A DNA stretch of 63,466 nucleotides, counting the filler, from Syncephalis fuscata S228 (Eukaryota; Fungi; Zoopagomycota): the NCBI GenBank assembly GCA_025786725.1. It is 6 parts of 6 records of this genome, joined end to end, with 100 filler letters (N's around TTAATTAATTAA, not from the genome) between each part and the next. Parts side by side here need not be neighbours in the genome. Positions count along the whole stretch, not along the records: positions 1 to 13,482 come from JAHLTZ010000245.1; positions 13,583 to 32,977 come from JAHLTZ010000175.1; 4 more parts are not named here. One strand, 5' to 3'. The position numbers were made by a program, and so were the translations under genes. Of this stretch, positions 1 through 13,878 are shown piece by piece; within the stretch, counting starts at the first letter, position 1; every line of letters begins with the position of its first letter. The notes beneath the pieces were generated by a model. It saw only the letters and a program-made list of their open reading frames with translations, was not told where the DNA came from and did no database searches.

Positions 1-817
1 ATCTTAGCACCAGTATTATCGCACACAAAGCAGCTTCATACTGATAAACATAACATTGACAGTAATACCGAGTAGAATTATGCTATCTGTTCAATGATAG
101 ATTGGTTATTTATTATAAAAAGTTTAAATTAACTGGTCGTTTATACAAAGTCTACTAATATAATTAAACAAACAAACGACTGGCATAATTCAATATGATG
201 TGCTGTATTTAGTTAATATATGTTGGTACATCGTCAGCAATGTGCTACTGAAAGTAGGTAGCTAAATAACAAGTGAGAATAATAGTATTAGTCTAGTCAA
301 ATAAAATAAATATCCAATATCAGAGAAATTTAAGCAATATAAGCTATGTAAACTACAGCTTTTAGTCCAATTACAGCTACTATTAGTGAGTGAGTTAACA
401 CAGTATACTTGATTAAGATAATTCTTACAGTTAAACTGATATGGAGGAGAAAAAGTAATAAAAATTATCATTAATCGTGTCGAGTACTTTAATGAATATG
501 GAGCTTTAATAAAATATGCATTGTAAAAAAATTCGTCTAAACAACAATAAGATAATATTAACAGAAAAACCAATAGTTTAGCAGAGGATAAACAATTGCC
601 AAAATGAAATACCAAAGTTAAACAAGGTTGGTAAATCTATATCCTAATTCAACATCCTATACTCTGCTTCATAAACTTAAACCAAATTTGCATCAATTAA
701 TATTTGGTATAGCCGAAACGTAAAAACAAATTATAATTAATTTTATATAAAAGCATTTAAAGTACTAAATAAAGGGCGCATTGAAATAAAATCTAATTAT
801 GCTTTATTGTATCATAC

Positions 818-2108
818 CTAATTAGTATATGAAGGAGGAGGACTTAATTTTCCCGAGCGAGACGGAGAAGCTGGTCTTCCAGAGCGAGGAGGAGGACTTG
901 ATCTTTCAGGTTGAGAGGGTGGAGGAGTATAGTTTGGTGGCCTTTTCTTTTGAACTTTATTAAAGTTTGGTGGGTCTACCTGTGGTAGATTATGCGCCAA
1001 GAGGTCAAATCTCTGGCCTGAGACTGTATTACGTCGTAAAGCAGCCCGCTCGGCCAAAAATGGATTATTGTTAATGTTTTTAATTATTTCGGCATCTGTA
1101 ATATCCAAAGCTAGTTGAATAGGCTTAGAACGGTCGGGGGCTGAACCTTCAGGAAGGTTATCGTTAATCATTACATTTAGATTGGCCGTCATAATGTTTT
1201 TTTGAGATTTAAAAATTTGTGTAAAGCTTTCAAGTATTTCTTCAACATCCTTCTTCGGATAATCTAATGCGTTCATTGGTAATGCTTCTTCAAAATCTCG
1301 CAGCATAACCTTAGGCAAGCCACGCTCGTCGGTGTTAATACAAATATCTAAAACAAAGAGTTAAATTATAAGCCTATAAAATTATAAATCTACTTGCCTT
1401 GTAGCTGCATTGTATTGTAAAACCAGCCTAATCTACGCAAATATTGCAAGGCTGTGTTTCGTTAGTTACAAATTAAATATCAATAGTATACTAATTACCG
1501 CTGAAAAACTGCCGCACAATTATAGGTTGCTTAATAATGAAATCAGCGTCCTTAAAATGATGTTGGCTAAAATTGGTAGGCGTTGTCTTGCATTGATTTT
1601 TTACCAAATAGCAATGCTTTTTGAAAATAGGAAAATCATACATAGGCTGCTCAACAAATTCACTACCTACGGGCGAAATACTTTTCATAGATCTAGCTTG
1701 CACTAAATTCTATAATATCAAAGTTATTATCAATATTACTTTAGTAGCAAATATTGCACTTGCTTTATAGACTAAAACTCGACGGTTTTCCGGATTAATG
1801 ACGTTGTTATCACCGCAAATAATGCGAACGCTCGTTGATTTATATGTTCCAATTGCGTAGTCTACTCCATGTCTAGACGGCAATACATGGGTAATAGTAA
1901 AGCCATCGATGCCAAATGTATTGGACAAGCCAGTCCGCTAGTTAAGAAAAAGTTCTAGACTAACTGTTAGAAGCATTCAAAATTTATACACTGACATACC
2001 ACCATTGCCTCCAAACAAACCAAACGTGGCTTGTACATCTTGCACTGCAGTAAGCAAACAAATGGCCGATACTACTTTGGCAAAGTCAAAATTACTATCA
2101 AATAGCAT
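818..2108 (-). pseudogene. Secreted protein-kinase-like (pseudokinase) gene, 5 exons, with an in-frame TAG in exon 2
   Basis: Signal-peptide-like exon 1 MLFDSNFDFAKVVSAICLLTAVQDVQA. Spliced exons give ALQYLRRLGWFYNTMQLQDICINTDERGLPKVMLRDFEEA, a degenerate match to kinase subdomains VIa-VII, followed by a Pro/Ser-rich tail. GC-AG introns at 1710-1763 and 1348-1397. TAG at 1938-1940 is in frame with the phase-1 splice. Confidence 0.6.
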
Positions 2109-2338
2109 GGTCAAAAGAAATCAAAAGTTATATGGTTAAAATGGTAGTTAAAGCGTTATGAATGGTTATTGTATGTCGTTTAAAAATTACTATCACTTAA
2201 ATTCGCATCTATTTATACAAACTAGATTGGTGTACTATTAGTATGCTTTAATAAAGAAAGTCACGGGTACTGTACGCTATTAAGGCAAAGTTCCTTAAAG
2301 GTGATACACGAAGAAGCTTAACATCAACGTCAAAATAA

Positions 2339-2435
2339 TTAACTTACATCCATAGTTTCAGAAAGTTTAGTATTGGTATCAAGATAACTAACTTGCATCC
2401 GTAGTTTCATAAAGGTTGGCATTAACATTGGAGTA
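2339..2435. repeat. Two-copy ~49 bp tandem duplication
   Basis: taacttacatccatagtttcagaaagtttagtatt followed by taacttgcatccgtagtttcataaaggttggcatt. Confidence 0.7.
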
Positions 2436-2945
2436 GCCAATAAGTTTGTAGATTTATTTTTAGTTAAAACTATCTGCTTTTAAATTCAGTCATTGGTTGT
2501 CTGTCTACTAACTTTGATAACGCACGCGGTGTAAATGACTATGTTTAGAAAAGTGTATCGTATGCGGAGCATACGTGATTTCATACGTTGCTTTAAGCTG
2601 AAATGGGCGATAATGTACTTTTGTTGATCACAAATACGTTGCAACGCCAGATGGTTATAATACCTATTATTGTGCTTTATGTTTTATATCGTTCTATTTC
2701 TCTAACAAGCTATTTTTAGTTATTTCATTGCACGAACTAAGTTTTATTGATTATTAATAAATGGCAATATCTATTTATTTTATAAATAGATTAGTTTACA
2801 GTTAACTATCAACGGATAGAAATGTAGCAGTGCTACAAATGGTTCTAAATTAAAATTATTAATAAAATATTTATTTAAAACATAATGTACAAATTATTGG
2901 AATCGTTATTACATGAAATGATTAAATAGATACAAAATAGCAATA

Positions 2946-4216
2946 TTATGCTACTTCTATGCGAATGGAATCGCGCCGTCTTTCTCTTTGAAGTTTTGCG
3001 CTTTCAAGCCTCCACCAGTGCAAGATAATCTTTCCACCTACTATGGGCCACAAAATTGTAAGTACTGCTAGTGCAAACATTTTACTTGCCACAGGATTCA
3101 TAATAATCCAAGGCATGGCGTTGCCCCAAGATAAAGCAGTGAATGTAGAAATAAAAAATGAAAAAATTATATGTTGTGCTGTTCTGCGAAGTTGAATTAT
3201 TGCGGTAATACGCTCTTTTGTTTCCTCGTCCGCGATAGACATTACGGTTTTAATATTTCGTTTTGCACTAGTAAATGGGTTGGATAGTAGTCTATTTGAA
3301 GATTGAACAGCCATCATCACTGATCTAACATTGGAAAATGTATCTGTTGTTTCTCTACCATTTTCAGCCGCTGTAGACGTCGCATAGCTATTGCAATCGA
3401 CGTGCGATGAAGCAATGCCTACAGCCGCAGCAGGCTTTTGTTCCTGGATAGGGGCAGTTTTTGAATTGTTCGATGCTCCTAACGATGACTCGAGTTTCTC
3501 CACAGTATCATTTAGCAGTTTGGTTAGAGTAATTGCATAGTAAGTGTAAAAATAGCGATTGATAGCATTGCCACGCCCCAGGTACACCAGGCAATTTGCG
3601 TGTAGTTTAGGTAATCGTGCCAATTTGAATCTTCTCCACGCACACCAGCCATATAGCCAAATATTGGTAGTATTAGTGTCATAATTACGCCTATTGTACT
3701 GAAAAAGCCGATTACCAGCTTGCGACGTGGTACTTGGATCGGAATCTTACTCATACGTTTTGTATGGCGATTAGGCGTCCATTCAAGAGTTCTATACACT
3801 ATTTCTATAACACCGAATGAAAATACCAGTATACTCCAAAAGCCGGATAGTATAGAAAGAAGAAGTGTAAGTGTTCGTATTTTAAACGATGGTACAACAT
3901 CGAAAGCACATAGCGTATTATGGGTCAATCGTGCCAGTAAGAATAAAATGGCAAATACAGTCGATACATCCAATGGACTCTGAATAAATTTGTGCTTTTG
4001 ATTTTGATGAGTGGTCGTTTGCTCGTTTAGCGTATTGTTTGCACGTCGTTTAATGTAACAGTAAACCAATGAGAATATACCAAATGTAACGAATAATGCA
4101 TGAATACCAGCACCAACGGCATAAAAAATAAAATAAACAGCAGCACCTTCACAATCAGTCATATTTATGGTGAAATCGCAATAAGGCGCGTATGGGGAGG
4201 CTGGATCACTCTTCAT
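2946..4216 (-). CDS. 7TM (GPCR-like) membrane protein, paralog of 4656-5921, split by a 1-nt deletion
   Basis: Starts MKSDPASPYAPYCDF like the paralog MKFDHPPPYAPYCDY. ORFs 3524-4450 and 2946-3623 join if one base is added to the A5 run at 3548-3552 (IAIF-YTYYAITL vs paralog GILYAYYAVVL). Confidence 0.75.
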
Positions 4217-4655
4217 GATGATCAACACGGCGCTTAACCAGATAATGCATAAGGCTATTTGGACAGAATAAATGAAGTGACAAACTAGACTGCAATAAAA
4301 TAAAGGCAATAGATAAATGAAAACTGTATTGTATTTATTAAATAGTACATTGGACAGGTCATATGTAGATGCGGCCGAAGTTTCGTGCATGAGCAACAAG
4401 GCCCGTGTTTTCCAATAAGCCGATTGCAAGCTATAGCTATGCTTGCTCAACAGGTTTTAAGCCTAGAACATTCTATGCAGCAAGCTAAAGTTCAAGTCAT
4501 TTGTTTATGGTTCTGAATGATGATATACCAATTTATTAATTATATTATTAGATATACTGTGTCGTAACTTGGTCATTACAAAGGTTTATCGTATCGTGTG
4601 TCCGCTGCAGTTAATATAATAGTACAGAACATGCGTTTGTATGCATAAAGACCGA

Positions 4656-5921
4656 TTAAGCGGCCGCGACCCTTGCTAAGCCGATGCGGCGTCGTTCCCG
4701 TCGAATACGAGCACGTTCCATTTGCCATCGATGCCAAAGTACACCGCCCGCAGCAAGTGGCCAAATGACGGCAAGGAACACAATGGCCGATAATTTATTT
4801 ACTACCGGCGTAACAATAAGCCACTTGGCCCCAAGGCCCCAGAGGAAGGAGCCTATTGCGCCAGCGCAGTAGTGGAAGATCAAGTGACGTAAGGCTTTTT
4901 GTAGACGATTGATCGCTTCGGAGCGTTCTTTTGTCTCGGCTAACAAAGCTTCGGATTCGGCCAACGATACCTCGGATTGCACTGTTTTCTTTTCTTTAAA
5001 GGCAAATTCATAAAGTGCTGCAAATTTGGCACAAGGTTTGTCGTTTTGAATAACGATCGAGTGTACCTGTGTTATTTTAGTGTGTGCACCCTCGGGTTCT
5101 TTAATGTTGTTGGTATGGTCAAAATCGTCATTGCCTATTTTCGTAGTAGCACTTGGTGAGAATCCCCAGTCTTTCTTTTGGCAGTCTTGGTTTGATTGAA
5201 GAAGCTTTGGTGCAAGTTGTCGTAGTAGTTTTGAAAGCACAACGGCATAATAGGCATATAGAATACCGAGTGCAACAAACACCATACCAAGAGTGCACCA
5301 TGAAAGCTTCAAATAGTCGAAATAACCATGCCAATCGCCTGCCTCACCTTTTAGTCCAGCCAAAAAGGAAAGCACGACAGGCACGGTAGTCCCAAAAATG
5401 CCCAACACAGCGAGCGACGACAGTGCTAGTACACGTGTAGGTGCGTGACGCATAAACATTTCTTTGTTAGGCACGTCATTACTATCGGGTAGACGACCAA
5501 TGGTCAACTGGACCGTTTCGACAATACCGGCAGCAAAGAATAGTGTGGCCCAAAAGCCAGGAATCATTGATAGCAAACTTGAAAGTGTTCGCATTTTTAG
5601 AGATGGTATTAAATCAAATGCGCACAGCGTGTTATGAATTACACGACATCCCACAAATATGGTTGAAAAGATGCTGGCCGGCTTTAATGGCTGGCTAACA
5701 AATTGACGAAATCTATCACCGAGACTGCCTTCAAATCGTGTCTCATTATCACCAAGATTGGCGTAACGAATGACGATGTAGGCGCCCCAGAAAAATACGA
5801 GCAAGTGGATAAAAATACCCACAAGATAAATCTGCAAATAAGACTGCTCATCACGACAATCCGTGATATTGATCTTATAATCGCAATAAGGTGCGTAAGG
5901 TGGAGGATGATCAAATTTCAT
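4656..5921 (-). CDS. Intronless 7TM (GPCR-like) membrane protein, 421 aa
   Basis: Seven hydrophobic segments read by eye, long polar loop between TM5 and TM6, N-terminal CX8C, basic C-terminal tail. Confidence 0.8.
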   Translation of the reverse strand: MKFDHPPPYAPYCDYKINITDCRDEQSYLQIYLVGIFIHLLVFFWGAYIVIRYANLGDNETRFEGSLGDRFRQFVSQPLKPASIFSTIFVGCRVIHNTLCAFDLIPSLKMRTLSSLLSMIPGFWATLFFAAGIVETVQLTIGRLPDSNDVPNKEMFMRHAPTRVLALSSLAVLGIFGTTVPVVLSFLAGLKGEAGDWHGYFDYLKLSWCTLGMVFVALGILYAYYAVVLSKLLRQLAPKLLQSNQDCQKKDWGFSPSATTKIGNDDFDHTNNIKEPEGAHTKITQVHSIVIQNDKPCAKFAALYEFAFKEKKTVQSEVSLAESEALLAETKERSEAINRLQKALRHLIFHYCAGAIGSFLWGLGAKWLIVTPVVNKLSAIVFLAVIWPLAAGGVLWHRWQMERARIRRERRRIGLARVAAA

Positions 5922-7249
5922 AATGATTTTTCCTAACTACGTGTCAATGTGAATAATGTGAACATAAAAGAAGTAGCGATTCTAATGGCAGAGACGTAAG
6001 GCAAGCGAAAGAAAGAAAGAGAAAGAAAGAAGTAAAACTAGCATAAGGATGTATAGTGATAATAAAATGTAATTTAATGGAACCGACCAGCGTTTGTATA
6101 CAAAAAGAATTTTTAATTGTGAACACGGTGTTGTTAAATAAATAAGACCCATTGCTTTGTCGCAACATGTGACATCAAATGTACCATTAAAAATGAAACG
6201 CCTTTATTGTACACTCCGTGTTTAAAAGCTCTTTCACGGAGCTCCTTTATTCAGTGTCCCATTCCAAGAACAACTCTGATGCTAAAACGTGTATTCGATG
6301 CACACCACCTTTTAGCAAAGAAACCGGGTAATTTTGATACTTGGAATATGTAAAAATAAAACAACTATATTTAATTTGCAATTGTTGTTTCAATTTATAA
6401 GTAAAAACTAAATGTCACATTCAAACAATAGCAGCTATATCGACCATTACCATTCATTGTTTTAAAAGCAGTTAGTCTAATATTTGTTTTATTTTGTTAA
6501 ATACTAAAGTAAAATCATCTAAAAATAAATAAATTTAAACTGTAGCACTTGTAGGTCGATGACAATAAACTTTAATAAAAATAATCAATAATGTAATTAA
6601 TTAGTTATATTTATTATTGCTTATTATGATAATATATATTAACACATATACTAGCATATGGCATACAGTTGTCATAATTTTCAGTCATTCAACTACTGAC
6701 ACTATATATATAAGTATATAGAGTGTACATGTATATACAATGGATATATGTTATCAAGTGTAAAGAAAGATAAAAGAAAGTGTGATGACGTAGATTGTAC
6801 GCGAATTAAAATAACAACGATTTAATACCACAACTACTTATTATTATAGAATATGTTCATCAGAACTAATTAGTATATCAAAAAGCATAAATAAATATAA
6901 TAAAAGTTCTTCAACTTCTTAAAAAAACTACTCATTATCATAGAACATATTTTCAGTATACTAATGAGTATATTAAAATAACTAAAAGAATAAAGTTGTT
7001 TACCCCTTACTGGTTTATTACGTATTTATTTTGCATTAGACTGATTATTTTAACTTTATAGTAAAACGCATTTGTTTCTTAACGCTTTGTGCTTCTTTCT
7101 ATTCTGGCTTGCTCTCTATGTTATAAACCTTACAACGCTCCAGTGACTCAAACCGATCATACCAACCGCGACTGTTATCGCTTGTGTTGATGGAAACACT
7201 ATATAGTTTGACGGCTATAGCTTAAGCAACGCATTCATGGGGACATAGT

Positions 7250-10200
7250 ATGTGCTCTACTTCTCTACGTTCATGCTTATCGCGTCCTTCTTTTGCTACG
7301 TTTCCGTTTTTATTCCATTTTTCTACACTTCCTTTGCGACCGCGCCTATCTTTACTCGTGGCGTCTAAGAATATCTGGCCTTTTAGCGACTATCCAGCCA
7401 AACAATTACCTTTGTCTAGCGCACCAGTTTCTTTTTCTTTTTCTTTTTCTTCTTCTTGGATCTTTACGGCTTACTCTTTTCATATACTATTAATGGCGTC
7501 GCGTAAACAAACACAAATCAGGTAGGCACTTATTATTAAGTTGCGTATTTTGCCAACCACTTTACATTACAGCTCGTTTTTTAAACAAGTAACAGACGCC
7601 GATTCATCAAACGATTTAGCCAAAAAGACTCCTACTTCACCTAAGAAAACGGGTTCTATAACCAAACAGCCCCGTAATAGAAGTAAAGATCGTTCTTCTG
7701 CTAAATCACTTTTAGAGTCGTCTAAGAAGAATAAGAATAGTAATGAAGAACATAATCACTCGGACAATGAAACAGAATCAAACAGTAAAACAGATTTGCC
7801 AGCGTCAAAGAGACGTAAACGAGCGGTGGATACTACAAATAAAACTAAAGATGACGATAAAGTAACGGTAAGACTTATAGTAGAAATAATTGTGTTTATT
7901 ATTAAATAGGCCGCGTAATAGAGAAACGTCGTAAAACTTTGTATCAGAAAAAGTCAATTATTAATTCAGGCAGTGAAAACGAATCAGGATCAGAATCAAT
8001 GGCCGTTGAGGAATTAATACCATTGAAGAAGAATTTAGAACAGCTATCACTTAATGTTAATGAAAAAAATAATAAGTATAAAAAAGCATCTAATACACTG
8101 CCAGTTAAACGTCAGAAAAAGAAATCAAAAAAGACAGCAACAGATGATGCAACGTCAGATGATAATGAAAGTGCAAGCAGTGTCAGTAGTGAAGTGGATG
8201 TAAAAGCACCTGTTAAGCAATTAGATGAGGATACACTGATGATGGATGCAGGTAAATATATATATAACATTTTAATATTACAATAATGAAAGTAAATATT
8301 AAATACCTTAAAGTAAGCCAGGAAGAAAAAGAGACTAAAGAGGAAGAGCAGGCTGAGGAAATACTTGCTCAATGGTAAGAAAATTAAATAGAATAAAATA
8401 TAGTATTTAATATTCAATATTTAATATAATCATGTTTAATTAGTACGGTAAAACAACAACCAGTACTTGATAAATCGACAGATCAACTTTCTGATTGGAC
8501 TGGTAAAAAGTGAGTGATGTCATTTTGATATTAGTTATAATGAATTAATTGATGATTAGTGTTCCCTATGCCAATTTGTGTCAAGTATTCACCAAAGTAG
8601 AATCAACTACAAAGCGGTTAGTTTAATTCATATAACAGCTAATATTATAATTAAATGTCAATTATTACTATTACTATTAGTTTAATTATTTTAGCTTATT
8701 TAAGAGATTTTTTTTTACAAATAATACGGTTGAGTCCTAATCAATTAGTACAAACTGTATATCTATGTATTAATCAGGTATATATATATATGTTGTACAT
8801 GTATTTAATCTAATACTTTGTTATTTAGCTTGGGCCACAATATGATGGCATGGAACTGGGCATTGGTGAATCTTTATTGATAAAAGCTATTGGACATTCT
8901 ACTGGCCGTGATGTTGGTAAAATCAAGTCTGAATATATTACAAAGGGCGATTTGGGAACAGTGGCACAAGTAAGTGATTTATATATCAATATGTTTGCTA
9001 TTTATTAATATATGATTTACAGGAAAGTCGTCAAAATCAAAATGTACTTTTTAACCAAAAGGGCAAGCCATTGACTATACCTATGGTATTTTCTACGCTA
9101 CGAGAAATTGCTAGTATCTCGGGTAATTCTGTAAGTAATATATATATATATATTGGCTAATAAATACTAAACCGAGCATGAATAGTCGATGAAACGTAAA
9201 GTTGATAAGATTGGTGGTTTACTTGTCCAATGCCAGGGAGATGAAGCCAAGTTCTTAATACGGTAGAAATAGTAACTATTAGTGAGTTTGTTTATAACTA
9301 ATTAGTTTTATACTGATTAGGAGTTTGGGAGGCAAGCTGCGTATTGGATTAGCGGAACAGACGGTTTTAGCTGCTCTGGCTCATGCCAGTATACTGTCAC
9401 GTAACAGTAAGCCATAATATTCAGTCCTATTTCACAAGTGTTAATTAACGTTTAAAGCCACTAAGCCTAAAACACCACATGCTGAAATGGAATTAAGTGA
9501 GAAATTAACTAGAGGAGTCGAAATAATTAAATCGGTTTACAAGTAAGTATTAGTACATCTAATTAGTAGATACTAACAGTTGTATAGTCAGCTGCCTAAT
9601 TATGATATAATACTGCCTGTTCTATTAGAACATGGTGTATTGAAACTTGAAGAGAGCTGCCGATTGACTCCAGGTAAGTAATACAAGTAGTATTGTTATT
9701 GTTATTGTTGTAATAGTAGTGTATTTATACAAAACAGGTATTCCTGTCAAACCAATGCTGGCCCATCCTACACGATCAATCACCGAGGTATTGGATCGAT
9801 TTGAAAAGTGTCCATTTACCTGCGAGTATAAATACGATGGTGAACGAGCACAGGTAATTGGTTTAGAGGTCGTATTAAATGCATTAATTGTCAATTGTAA
9901 TCTAGGTTCATTTCTTTGATGGAAAAATACGCGTCTATAGTCGTAATTCCGAAAATATGTCCAGTCGATATCCTGATATTGTCGAAAAGATGTCCAAGGT
10001 AGGATAGAATAGCGTATTTATTATAGTTAAAAGTCATTAATTAATACAAATAATATGATAGGCGGCCAAAGCAACAACCCGTAATTTTATTTTGGACTGT
10101 GAAGCAGTAGCATGGGATTTGAAAAAGCATCAAATTCTACCATTTCAAATACTAAGCACACGTAAACGCAAAGATGTTAAAGAAGAGGAAATTACAGTGC

Positions 10201-11328
10201 AAGTCCGTATTTTTGCCTTTGATTTATTATACCTTAATGATGAGGTAAATTCTAATAATTAATAGCCATGGGTAATAGTGCTAAATAATTTACAATTTAT
10301 CATTAAATATAGTGTTTATTACAAGTCTCATTGAAGGAAAGAAGAGATAAAATGCACGCTGCATTTAACGAAGTAGAAGATCAATTCGGCTTTGCCGTTT
10401 CAATGGATGGTCGTCGTGTTGAAGAAATCCAACTATTCCTTGATGAAAGCATGCGAGGTAAAAATGGCTGGTTGAACGATGTAAATTAGGTAGTAGCAGT
10501 AGTAATAACAATAATATATTACTAGATAATTGTGAAGGACTTATGGTCAAGGTACTTGAAGGAACTGAATCGACCTATGAGCCATCAAAGCGATCACGAA
10601 ACTGGCTTAAAGTAAGGATGAATACTTGCTATTTAATATTTGTTACTTACAAATGGTACTAGGTTAAAAAGGATTACTTGGATGGTGTTGGTGATTCATT
10701 AGACTTGGTGGTCATTGGTGCTTATTACGGCCGAGGCAAGCGTAAAGATGTCTATGGTGGTTACTTGTTGGCCTGTTACGATCCACAGACCGAATTTGTT
10801 GAAGCAATATGCAAGGTAAATTATTATTATTTAATATATATATATATATTGCAATATAGCGTTATGTTTATTGGTACTAATTTAATTAATATTATGTACA
10901 GATTGGTACCGGGTTTTCTGACGAAGATTTAAAGCAACATTACGAAGAATTAAAACCGCATATTATTGCAGCACCACGCCATTATTATCATGCACATTCA
11001 TCGATACGTCCTGATGTATGGTTTGAACCAAAAAAGGTTAGTTATTTAGGTTAGATAAACAAATATAGATAATAATAATAATAATAATAAATAGATTTGG
11101 GAGATCAAAGCAGCCGATCTATCATTGTCGCCACTTTACTGGGCAGCTCAAGGAAAGGTTGACGGTAGCGATAAAGGTATTTCACTAAGATTCCCGCGAT
11201 TTATTCGTCAACGAGAAGATAAAGCTTTCGAGGACTGTACTTCATCGCAACGAATTGCCGATATGTATTTACAACAATTTGCACATCAACATCAGCATAA
11301 TACATCTGATACAGAAGAAGCGTTTTAA
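7250..11328 (+). CDS. CDC9: DNA ligase I, ~20 introns
   Basis: [11 protein letters not shown], adenylation motif [35 protein letters not shown]; PIP box QTQISSFF after splicing. Confidence 0.95.
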
Positions 11329-11420
11329 TATATATAATAAATTTATACAATACTATCTATCTCATTTGCTTTATTGCGTATAAACGTTTATTGTTGTAGC
11401 AATACGATCATAGAAAACAT

Positions 11421-11885
11421 CTACTCAAGTTTGGCTAGAATCTCGGAATCGCGGAACAATAGCAATTCCTATTATAATATAATATATTAATATTAACATC
11501 AAGCTTAATCTATACCTCTACAAGGGTAGTTACCTCAGTATCAATCTTTACACTGCTACCGCCATAGCCGGGAAGCAACACCTTGTCGCCAACTGCTACA
11601 GATACTGGAATGCGTTGTCCATCCTAGATAGCCAGTGATTAGTTTAATAAAATTGTGATTTACATATTTCTACGTAATACTACTGCTACTATAACTACTG
11701 CTACTAGTATTTACCTTGTTGAAAGCACCTGGACCAACGGCAACGACCGTACCTTCAGGCAGGGTTTCCTGAGCTTTTTCCGGAATCAAAATACCAGACT
11801 TTGTCTTTTCGATGGCTTTAACGCGCTGGACCAAGACGCGATCCAGTAGCGGAATCACTTTACGAGACAAGGTACGGGCCGACAT
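11421..11885 (-). CDS. HSP10: Mitochondrial co-chaperonin Hsp10, 3 exons
   Basis: PLLDRVLVQR, TKSGILIPE, GTVVAVGPG, VGDKVLLPGYGG, LFRDSEILAKLE*. Confidence 0.95.
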
Positions 11886-13482
<1,597 letters not shown>

Positions 13483-13582
13483 NNNNNNNNNNNNNNNNNN
13501 NNNNNNNNNNNNNNNNNNNNNNNNNNTTAATTAATTAANNNNNNNNNNNNNNNNNNNNNNNNNNNNNNNNNNNNNNNNNNNN
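13483..13582. other. Artificial contig linker (also 32978-33077, 46057-46156, 59880-59979, 62166-62265)
   Basis: N-run + TTAATTAATTAA (stops in all six frames) + N-run, same design at five places. Confidence 0.98.
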
Positions 13583-13878
13583 GACCAGCGAGTCGACAAC
13601 AACAACAACAACGACTGATGTAAAACCACCACACCGAGGTCGTTCCCGTCAACAGTCACAGCAACAAACGGCCAATTCACGTGAACGAGTCGCCGTAATT
13701 TAGATGTTATTTTCCTTTTGTTTATCATTTTTCTTGTTTGCTAGTCGCCTGAATATTATGCCCGTTTATTTGCCTATTTGTTTCACATGTGAATTGTTGC
13801 ACAATTTGATTAAAACAATGGTCGTTAAATGTATTATCATTGTAATAATTATACTACTAATAGTTACTAAATGAAAGG

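Noticed and set aside
262-615. 117-aa ORF and many other short ORF-track entries
   Set aside because: AT-rich or antisense shadows of real genes with no recognisable motifs
13583-13700. Possible 3' end of a gene at the contig start
   Set aside because: Too short and low-complexity to assign
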